Under the pieces are notes generated by a model, which saw only the letters and a program-made list of their open reading frames with translations, made no database searches and was not told where the DNA came from. A DNA stretch of 63,626 bases, the filler included, from Candidatus Nanoarchaeia archaeon (lineage in GTDB: Archaea > Nanobdellota > Nanobdellia > Woesearchaeales > DATDTY01): NCBI GenBank assembly GCA_035290625.1. It is 5 parts of 5 records of this genome, joined end to end, with 100 filler letters (N's around TTAATTAATTAA, not from the genome) between each part and the next. Parts side by side here need not be neighbours in the genome. Positions count along the whole stretch, not along the records: positions 48,259 to 61,259 come from DATDTY010000026.1; positions 61,360 to 63,626 come from DATDTY010000061.1; 3 more parts are not named here. One strand, given 5' to 3'. The stretch's first letter is position 1. Every line of letters starts with the position of its first letter. Below are positions 56,368 through 63,626 of the stretch, in pieces. Made by a program: the position numbers and the translations under genes.

Positions 56368-56594
56368 AGTACCACCCACGAACATTGCGGATAAAGTGCT
56401 GTTGTTTTAAAAAGCTTTTGCTTTTGCTGGCCGAGTATTCCCAAAAAAATGGCGCAGCTAAGGTATTGGCAGCTGCAAAAAACAGCTTGCTCTTTGATGG
56501 GCAAGCACGCAACAGCTATGTAGCTTCTTTTGCGTAGGGACAGAAAAGTTGTGATTCGAAACCTTTATATATTCCATTAATCTTCATCAGGCGC

Positions 56595-56993
56595 ATGGGT
56601 TTCTTTTCACAAATCAAGGAAAAGCTGGGGATGGAAGAAGCCTCTGCAGAGCCTGCTGAGGATTATGTAGAGCTGGACACCGGGTCAGATGAATCCAGGC
56701 CGAAAGCTGTAGTAAGGACATTTTCCTTGGACGATTTTGAGGGAATTAAGCCTATTCTGGACAGCCTGCGTGAAGGCCATACCATTGCGCTTATCAATAT
56801 CAAGCCCTTAAAGGACAAGGATCTTATCGAGCTTAAGCGTGCCATTAACAAGCTTAAGAAGACAACAGATGCCATACAGGGCGAAATTGCAGGATTTGGA
56901 GAAGACTATATTGTTGCAACCCCTACGTTTGCAAAAATCTACAGGAACAAGCCTGTTGCTGAAAGGCCCAAGATTGAAGAAGGGATGGGGTAA
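56595..56993 (+). CDS. sepF: Cell division protein SepF (archaeal)
   Basis: ILDSLREG.TIALINI..LKRAINKLK..GEIAG..IVATP. Confidence 0.88.
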   Translation: MGFFSQIKEKLGMEEASAEPAEDYVELDTGSDESRPKAVVRTFSLDDFEGIKPILDSLREGHTIALINIKPLKDKDLIELKRAINKLKKTTDAIQGEIAGFGEDYIVATPTFAKIYRNKPVAERPKIEEGMG

Positions 56994-57042
56994 ATCTGTT
57001 CTGTTATCCTTAGGGGATTTTGGAAATTCTTTTTTAGCTTTC

Positions 57043-59757
57043 TCAGAATTCTGGGTTTCCTATTACTTCATTTCCTATTTTTGCTCCTACTAAGGTTGTG
57101 GTGCCTCCGATATATGTGATTGGTACTGTGTAGAGCGGCTCAGAAATGCTTTTTACTACACCTATACCTCTTGCAACCCATTCGGTGTATTCGTGCGTTA
57201 CTCCGTCTTGATGACCTTGCTCCACTACTGTTTCATTAGAAGTGAATCTCAAGCAATTTCTGAATGTGCGAATAGGTAATATCACGTCTTCCAATCCTTC
57301 TATCCTCTTTACATCCGTAATGATATATACCTTTCCGTCCACAGGGTCTGTTCTCTCTTCTACGTCGCTCCAGCTGTCACCTATGTCAAAACTTACAGGA
57401 GAGATAAACCGATCTGGATGGAAATTAACTCTACTGGGGTCTGAAGTTTGGGTATAGCCTAAGTCAAATATCCCATTATTACCAAAGAATGTGTAATGTG
57501 ATCTCATAGGAATATTATCCTCTATCCATGCACCATCCTGAACACGATACCTTATCTGCCTCCAATCTTGCCGAAGTGCATTAAATCCCTGCCATGTTTC
57601 GAAGCCTATCACTTTAACACTCCGAATATCGTCTCCAATAGCTATGTCTACATCTGGATGAATGTGAGTTCTGTTGTATGTTCTGATATCCCCCGGGGTT
57701 GTATCGTAGTAATCCCGAACTATCAAATCCCCTACCGGTATATCTGGTGGTTGCGGTGGAGGTATCTGAGTTCGTGTATTTGTAGGGGTATTCGTGTTTG
57801 TTGGCGACCATGTCGGAGTCCTTGTCGGCGTATAGGTCGGTGTCGGAGAGCGTGTCGGCGATCTTGTATACGTAGGTGTGTTTGTTGGCGACCATGTTGG
57901 TGTCCTTGTTGGAGTCATGGTATTTGTCGGAGTCCTTGTCAGAGTAGAAGTATTTGTCGGAGTAGGCATTGGCGATATTGTCGGCGTCCATGTCGGGGTG
58001 TGCGTTGGAGTCGGAGGCTGCTCTACAATCACGTCAAGGCTAGCTAAGGAATTGTAATGGTCTGTCCAAAGCGTAATTCTTCCGTTTCCTGGTCCTGTTC
58101 CCTGAATCATTACCTGCGTTCCCCTTTCCCTTTGCGATTCTACCCTCAAAGGACCTGAAATCCTTATCCCAAAAGATTCCTGCATCACACCAATCCACGA
58201 AAAGAGATCCCTTTGCTCACCATTCTCTACTATAATCCTGTATTCTCCACGCTCATTTACCTGTAATTCGGCCGGGCCTGTTACTGTTCCTCTTTCAATC
58301 AAGTCATTCACTACATCATATCGTATCTGATCATACTTTCCTGAAAAACCAACAGCCAGTGCAGAGCCTGCTGTAAACACGAAGTTTGAAAACCCATTCA
58401 ACACATCTGCTACTTCCTGCGCTGCCTGAATCGCTTGCGCATATGCGGACCTGTATACGCCTTGTCTTGTCTGCTGAACATCGCTTTTGAGCAGGTCTCT
58501 GGCAATACGTATCGCCTCTTGAGCAGCATTACCCCCCGCAAGTCCTTCAAGCCTGTCAAGATTCTGCCTTGTTCCAATCCTCTGGGCGATTTCGATGAGT
58601 TTATCGTACCTTCCGCCAGTTGTGCTCAGGTTTTCTATTGCTCCTGCAACTGCAAGCAGGGAATTCATGAGCAATGCTTCCCCTGATGTTGCTGAGAAAT
58701 CAATAAAGGTCATCCCTGCATTTTCTCTGTATAACTCAGGCAGCTGCGTAGTGCTTGGCTGGCCTGCTTGTCCTCCTGCCAAAGCATTTGCCCAACCTCG
58801 GAAATAGTCCCTCATGCTTTGCGTGTTGCCCAATTCCAGAGGGAGGGGGTTCCATTCAGCTGGCTGCAGGTAGGGTCCGATGACAGCAGTCCTGAAGCTG
58901 CCTGTCGGAAGTTCATTAAAAGCATCGCTGGCATCAACATCAATAAATAACCCTAATGGGTTTCTTGCCTCTATCGTTATCCCATATCCTGGATTTTTTC
59001 TTTCAATCCGATCCTCCAGAACTTCAAACCCCCTTGGAACGCTGCCCTCCGGACCGATACTTTGGGGACCCACACCTCTTGCTGTGCTTCGAAGCTCCGT
59101 GCCTGTAAACAATTCGTTATAGACTGCGACTGCTGCTTCAGCGATTTGATTTTTCAACGCATTGATATCTAAATACCCTTTCTGATTAACATCCTGCCTG
59201 ATTACTTGCGCCAGTTGCCGTGTTTGGTCGTGAGCCTCAATATAATTTTGGGCTGCCTCCATTATCGAAATATCGGTTAATGGCAGCGGGAACTGCTGGT
59301 AGATCAAAGAGATTGCTGTTGAGAGGCTGTCTATTGTTACGGTCTCTTGCTCATTGAGGATAGGCTCGAGAGAGAAATAGACCAGCCTTTCTTGATTATC
59401 CACCGCAAAGATCGGAACCAGCCCTTCGTGAATGCCAGCAATACGCCTATTGGTGAGATTTAGCGAGGAGCTTCCTGTTGGGTCTGCAATAGTGATGCTT
59501 TCTAAGGAGGTTTCTGGAATATCCCCAACCCTGAGCCCTGTACTGGCTTCTGGGATAGGAGGTAGTAGTATCCTGTAGTGATCTCCTAAATAATTCCTGT
59601 TAAACTCATCAGTAAATCTGTTGTTTTCTATTCTTGGCTCTTCTTGCGCCTGAGAATAATCTGGTTTTGTTATGCTGATTCCTGCATACAATGCTATGGG
59701 CAGCACTGCTTTTGCTATGTTTCCTCGTGCATTGTTGATGTAGTTGAGAAGGCTCAT
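57043..59757 (-). CDS. Large secreted protein with Pro/Thr-rich linker and C-terminal beta-rich domain
   Basis: N-terminal hydrophobic segment; TPTxTPT repeats about 57770-58015; C-terminal EWVARGIGVVK. Confidence 0.75.
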   Translation of the reverse strand: MSLLNYINNARGNIAKAVLPIALYAGISITKPDYSQAQEEPRIENNRFTDEFNRNYLGDHYRILLPPIPEASTGLRVGDIPETSLESITIADPTGSSSLNLTNRRIAGIHEGLVPIFAVDNQERLVYFSLEPILNEQETVTIDSLSTAISLIYQQFPLPLTDISIMEAAQNYIEAHDQTRQLAQVIRQDVNQKGYLDINALKNQIAEAAVAVYNELFTGTELRSTARGVGPQSIGPEGSVPRGFEVLEDRIERKNPGYGITIEARNPLGLFIDVDASDAFNELPTGSFRTAVIGPYLQPAEWNPLPLELGNTQSMRDYFRGWANALAGGQAGQPSTTQLPELYRENAGMTFIDFSATSGEALLMNSLLAVAGAIENLSTTGGRYDKLIEIAQRIGTRQNLDRLEGLAGGNAAQEAIRIARDLLKSDVQQTRQGVYRSAYAQAIQAAQEVADVLNGFSNFVFTAGSALAVGFSGKYDQIRYDVVNDLIERGTVTGPAELQVNERGEYRIIVENGEQRDLFSWIGVMQESFGIRISGPLRVESQRERGTQVMIQGTGPGNGRITLWTDHYNSLASLDVIVEQPPTPTHTPTWTPTISPMPTPTNTSTLTRTPTNTMTPTRTPTWSPTNTPTYTRSPTRSPTPTYTPTRTPTWSPTNTNTPTNTRTQIPPPQPPDIPVGDLIVRDYYDTTPGDIRTYNRTHIHPDVDIAIGDDIRSVKVIGFETWQGFNALRQDWRQIRYRVQDGAWIEDNIPMRSHYTFFGNNGIFDLGYTQTSDPSRVNFHPDRFISPVSFDIGDSWSDVEERTDPVDGKVYIITDVKRIEGLEDVILPIRTFRNCLRFTSNETVVEQGHQDGVTHEYTEWVARGIGVVKSISEPLYTVPITYIGGTTTLVGAKIGNEVIGNPEF

Positions 59758-59758
59758 G

Positions 59759-61018
59759 TCAGTGGAGTTTCCAGTCAATCACTTGTGTCCTCTCTTGGAA
59801 GGCGCTGCTTCCTATTACCAAGCTTTCAAGTTCGCGGTGGACTTTTGAGGTTCCTGTGGATTCGGCAAACAATGAGATTGTAAACCGCCCTAAACCAGGA
59901 TACGTCCCTAACCTGGCAGGAATTCCGCTAGGACTATACGTATCAAGCACTTGGGCAATCACCTCATTTTGATTTGCAGAGAGTAAAAGCGAGTATCTGC
60001 CTTGCTCCAGAAATACCCTGTCTGTGCTTATGCTGTTACCTCTTATAACCTCGTACCGAGAGCCGTTATCGTATGTTGCAACAGCAACGTCAATTGTCTC
60101 TGTCCCTGATTGGATTCTTATGCCGCCTCTCTTTACTATCCCCTGTTCGCTGCTGAACTCTCCGGATACTGCATAGGCTGCAGTAATCCTTGCATCTGAG
60201 AAGAGATCTTGGGATTCCTGGTTTTTTATTTGCACTCCTATATCCTTTGCATCAAATACAAGATGGCCTGCTGAAAGGTACACAAGGTCTGGCGCTGTTT
60301 GTGTTCGCTCTTGTGTTATTTCTCTCGGAGTGGATGCGGGCATACTGGTTGGTGTGGCAAAGGGTGTTATTTGAGGAGTTGGTGTAAGAGGAAGCAATTC
60401 AGAAGGGCTTGGCGTTGCGGTTGGTGCTCCGGTAGGTGTTGGGACTGGTGTTGGAATAGGTCCAGGATTTGGGTGAATATACATACCACCCCTAATGGGT
60501 ACAATGGGGATGCTCGTGAAATTAGGATCTGATATATCACGGACAGTAACCTCAGTCTCGGCATATAACGGGGCTGAAACGCCGTGATCCCTGGCTTGGA
60601 ACTCTACAACGGCAAGCTCGAGCACTCCTGAAGGCTCATTGTCAACCGCAAAGTCAATGATCAGGATTTTCCCAGGTACACTGACATTATAAGCCGCAGG
60701 ATTTCCAAACGTAGATGTTCCTCCACGGACTCCGAGCGCGATCAAAAAGTTTGGATCATATGTTATCTCCACATCATAGGCGCCAATCCGGGAAAGGCTA
60801 TTCACGACAAGATGGCCGTCAAACCTTGCACCTTCATAGATGACTTCAGGCTCTGCAATAATCGCTATCCGATTCTCTCCGATCAGCCAATCTTCTGTAG
60901 AACTCTTCGCTGATTCTGCCAGAGCATACACCCCAATTCCAACCGCTCCAACTTTAGCAGCATAAGAAATCTTATCCTTTACCCTGGCCCAGATGCCCGT
61001 AACCTTCTCTTCAAGCAT
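59759..61018 (-). CDS. Cohesin-like domain surface protein with PT linker
   Basis: IGAYDVEITYDPNFL..G..GKILI..SGVLELAVVEF; ends VIDWKLH; start at ATG 61018. Confidence 0.7.
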   Translation of the reverse strand: MLEEKVTGIWARVKDKISYAAKVGAVGIGVYALAESAKSSTEDWLIGENRIAIIAEPEVIYEGARFDGHLVVNSLSRIGAYDVEITYDPNFLIALGVRGGTSTFGNPAAYNVSVPGKILIIDFAVDNEPSGVLELAVVEFQARDHGVSAPLYAETEVTVRDISDPNFTSIPIVPIRGGMYIHPNPGPIPTPVPTPTGAPTATPSPSELLPLTPTPQITPFATPTSMPASTPREITQERTQTAPDLVYLSAGHLVFDAKDIGVQIKNQESQDLFSDARITAAYAVSGEFSSEQGIVKRGGIRIQSGTETIDVAVATYDNGSRYEVIRGNSISTDRVFLEQGRYSLLLSANQNEVIAQVLDTYSPSGIPARLGTYPGLGRFTISLFAESTGTSKVHRELESLVIGSSAFQERTQVIDWKLH

Positions 61019-61091
61019 TTCCGAGAAGAACCTTCTCTTATTTAAAAACCCCACCGAAAAGCATTTAATCCACCCTTTTCTCAGCTCCCTG

Positions 61092-61259
61092 ATGGAAAAG
61101 CCAGCAGTTATCCAGGGGGAGAAATGCCCTGCCTGCGGAGAGAAGAAGCTTAGCCTCATAGAATCAGAGATGGACATCCCGTATTTCGGCAAATGCTACA
61201 TTTTTTCCATGGACTGCAGCGCATGCAACTACCATAAGGCAGATGTTGAGGCTGCAGAG
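61092..61259 (+). CDS. ZPR1 zinc-finger protein (3' partial)
   Basis: CPACG..DIPYFG..CSACNY..DV. Confidence 0.85.
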
Positions 61260-61359
61260 NNNNNNNNNNNNNNNNNNNNNNNNNNNNNNNNNNNNNNNNN
61301 NNNTTAATTAATTAANNNNNNNNNNNNNNNNNNNNNNNNNNNNNNNNNNNNNNNNNNNN
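61260..61359. other. Artificial contig linker
   Basis: N-run with TTAATTAATTAA. Confidence 0.97.
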
Positions 61360-61418
61360 TTGGCTTCGCTATAATTGGCGAGGCTGAAGCCTTGTACTAC
61401 GCTATTGCAAACAAAACG

Positions 61419-61561
61419 ATGGATGAGTATATCCTTGTCGAATGCTCTCCAACTGTTGAAGAATACCAAAGGTTGCATGAAGCAGTTGGATGGGAGAATG
61501 TGGACATTGAAGCAACGGAGATTGGTTTATGTAACTCTCTCTTTTCAGTATGTGTAATTTA
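61419..61561 (+). pseudogene. GNAT acetyltransferase N-terminal fragment cut by IS
   Basis: PTVEEYQRLHEAVGW..GLCNSLFSVCV ends at the IS left end. Confidence 0.65.
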
Positions 61562-61647
61562 CCTAACTTTACCTCGAATTATGCACACTACAAAACAAGA
61601 TTACAAGAAGGATTGTTAAATAAGGCAATTTGAGTAAAAAAAGCATG

Positions 61648-61676
61648 TTGACAAAGTGGGATGTAGTGTTTATAAT
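61648..61676 (+). promoter_or_regulatory. Consensus sigma70 promoter
   Basis: TTGACA-17 bp-TATAAT, 7 nt upstream of ATG 61684. Confidence 0.8.
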
Positions 61677-61683
61677 ATACACT

Positions 61684-63180
61684 ATGAGCTTTGTGCGAAA
61701 GATAAAACGGGGGGATTCGATTTACCTTGCCGAGGTAGAAAATGTTAGGATGGGTGGCAAGGTTATTCAGAAGCATATCCGATATGTGGGGAAGGAGGTT
61801 GATGATAAACCGATATTAACAGGATCGGTGGCGACCTCGACGATAGACCGGGTGACGATCTACGGCCCTCTATTGATGTTAGATGAGATAGCAAGACAGA
61901 TTGATTTATCTGCGGCTTTAGGGGAATATGGTGATTATTTGTTGAGTTTGGCTTATGCTCATTGCGTTTCTCCAGATAGTTTAACTGGGATGGTAGATTG
62001 GTATCAGAAGACAGAGATTGGGAGTCTTCTTTCTCTTTCGGATGTGACGTATAAGAAGTTGATCGAGGCGATTGACTCTGTAGATGGTCTCAGGGGATCA
62101 GAGGTTCAGGGGCGGATATTTGGTCGATTGAAAGAGGTTTTGGATTTATCGCCAAGGGGTTATTTTTACGATATAACGAATATCTATTTTTACGGGGTAT
62201 GTTGTCCACTGGCTAAGCGTGGGCATAATGCGGATGGGAGGAAAGACCGGCAGATTCAAGTTGGATTGGCGGTAACGCAGGGAGAGGGCATTCCGATATT
62301 TCATAAGGTTTTTGAGGGGAACATTTTTGATGGGAGGACATTGCCGGATATTCTTCTTCAACTTCGGAGGCAGGATATTAAGGATGTCTATATCGTATGG
62401 GATCGAGGGGTTTCTTCTCGATTGAACATCAAAGAAGCCAAAGAGATGGGGTTTGAAGTGTTGTGTGGGCTTCCATTGAAAACTGGTTTAAAGAAGGTGG
62501 CAGATCAAGTTTTGGGAGAGGAGATCATCTCGATGAAGCACAGGGTAAGGCTCCAGAAAGCTACCTTTTATGTAAAGAAGAAGAGATACCAGATAGATGG
62601 GGTTGATGGATATCTTGCCATTTGTCTTAATGAGAAAGAGAAACAGGGGATTCGTGAGAGGAGATATGATGAAATTGATCATGCTCTCCACCAGATTGAG
62701 GAGAAAAAGGGGATCAAAGAGGGGCTGAAGAAGTATATAAGCGGGGATAAGGTAAATTACAAGGAGGTGGCATTGGCAGAGCGCTATGACGGAATATCGG
62801 TGATCTTTTCGACGAAAGATCTCGGTGAAGAAGAAATAATCAAGGGGTATTTTGAGAAAGATAGAATAGAGAAATCCTTCCGGTGTATGAAAGGTCTTTT
62901 AGAGGTGGATAAGGTAAGGTTTTGGTTAGCCAACCGAGTCAAGGGGCACATTTTTGTTTGTTATCTTGCTTACTTGCTTTTATCTGTTCTTGAATATAAA
63001 CTCAGAAAATTAGGCATAAAGGCATCCGAGGCAATAGAAAGCATGGAGACGATGTATCGAGTATATATCACAGACCAAAAATCAAAAAACAAATTCGTAA
63101 AAACAGTCACTATAAGTAAAAAGCAAGAAGACATTCTAAAGCAGATTAATCCACGCATCTTGACAAAGTGTAGTGTATAA
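61684..63180 (+). CDS. IS1634 DDE transposase
   Basis: FYDIT..YF, GHNADG..QI.VGL, FEGN..D, WDRG, IEKSFR, GHIFVCYLA. Confidence 0.92.
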   Translation: MSFVRKIKRGDSIYLAEVENVRMGGKVIQKHIRYVGKEVDDKPILTGSVATSTIDRVTIYGPLLMLDEIARQIDLSAALGEYGDYLLSLAYAHCVSPDSLTGMVDWYQKTEIGSLLSLSDVTYKKLIEAIDSVDGLRGSEVQGRIFGRLKEVLDLSPRGYFYDITNIYFYGVCCPLAKRGHNADGRKDRQIQVGLAVTQGEGIPIFHKVFEGNIFDGRTLPDILLQLRRQDIKDVYIVWDRGVSSRLNIKEAKEMGFEVLCGLPLKTGLKKVADQVLGEEIISMKHRVRLQKATFYVKKKRYQIDGVDGYLAICLNEKEKQGIRERRYDEIDHALHQIEEKKGIKEGLKKYISGDKVNYKEVALAERYDGISVIFSTKDLGEEEIIKGYFEKDRIEKSFRCMKGLLEVDKVRFWLANRVKGHIFVCYLAYLLLSVLEYKLRKLGIKASEAIESMETMYRVYITDQKSKNKFVKTVTISKKQEDILKQINPRILTKCSV

Positions 63181-63419
63181 AATCAAGGGTAAAGTCAGGT
63201 AATTTACTTTTTCTCTGCGACCTCTGTGTCCTCTGTGGCTTATCAGGTTTTTGTTCTTGATAAGGAATTATAAAAACTTGACAGGATTAACAGGATTAAT
63301 AGTGAGCATGCCGAACTATGAATATTTTTTATCCTTCGACAAGCTCAGGATGCAATCCTGTTTTATCCTGTATATCCTGTCTAAAATCAGGTCTTTGTTC
63401 TATATTGAGAATTTTTGCT

Positions 63420-63626
63420 TTAAATATTTTGTTTCTGGATTATCTCCCTCTGCCTTGTCAGGACATAAGATGCAATCAAGTCCTTATCATGCATCCTCAT
63501 ATCCATGAACTCCATACCGCATTTATTCTTAATATCCGCCCTAAAACCTTTGAGCAGGTTTTTCACAACTGTCTTTGCCATGATATTCTGATTGACAGCA
63601 GGAAGGCTGAGCATTGCCTTCTCAAA
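63420..63626 (-). CDS. PilZ-like domain C-terminus (5' partial)
   Basis: CGMEFMDM..DKDLIASYVLTRQREI resembles the PilZ/YcgR end. Confidence 0.5.
   Translation of the reverse strand, partial: FEKAMLSLPAVNQNIMAKTVVKNLLKGFRADIKNKCGMEFMDMRMHDKDLIASYVLTRQREIIQKQNI

Larger units (their letters stand above)
61562..63199 (+). mobile_element. IS1634-family insertion sequence
   Basis: IRs CCT(A/G)ACTTTACC..ACACTA; flanking direct repeat TAATTTA (5-7 bp depending on boundary). Confidence 0.88.

Noticed and set aside
56400..56540. Intergenic stretch checked for tRNA/ncRNA (also 2220-2340)
   Set aside because: No cloverleaf or convincing stems; no tRNA or rRNA recognised anywhere in the window
57770..58015. 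Short tandem GTCGG-type repeats resembling a CRISPR array
   Set aside because: They encode the Thr/Pro linker; no constant repeat with unique spacers and no cas genes

Overview
Five contigs joined by artificial 100-bp N/TTAATTAATTAA linkers (8536-8635, 35483-35582, 48159-48258, 61260-61359), so adjacency across the gaps is not biological. Contigs 1-4 look like a DPANN archaeon, probably Woesearchaeota: archaeal ribosomal and RNA polymerase genes (uL1, uL10, P1/P2, eS24, eS31, eL21, Rpo7, Spt4, Rpo4), TATA/BRE promoters, a cluster of class III signal-peptide (type IV pilin-like) genes, giant surface proteins and many toxin-antitoxin (TA) modules. Contig 5 looks bacterial (IS1634 with a perfect sigma70 promoter, PilZ-like fragment). 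The most striking observation is two complete antitoxin-PIN toxin (VapBC-type) operons, each with its own TATA box and RBS, nested antisense inside a >2380-codon LamG surface-protein gene whose frame stays open across them. Each cassette is bounded by a repeated L-I-T-G-A coding motif and adds an exact multiple of 3 bp. Also notable: a ~164-bp MITE whose three copies all end about 14 bp upstream of a TATA box, a start-less frameshifted pilin copy, a dockerin in a ~4940-aa adhesin with a cohesin-like protein on another contig, and LamG modules framed by conserved DNA repeats. All calls come from reading the sequence by eye; no database searches were run.
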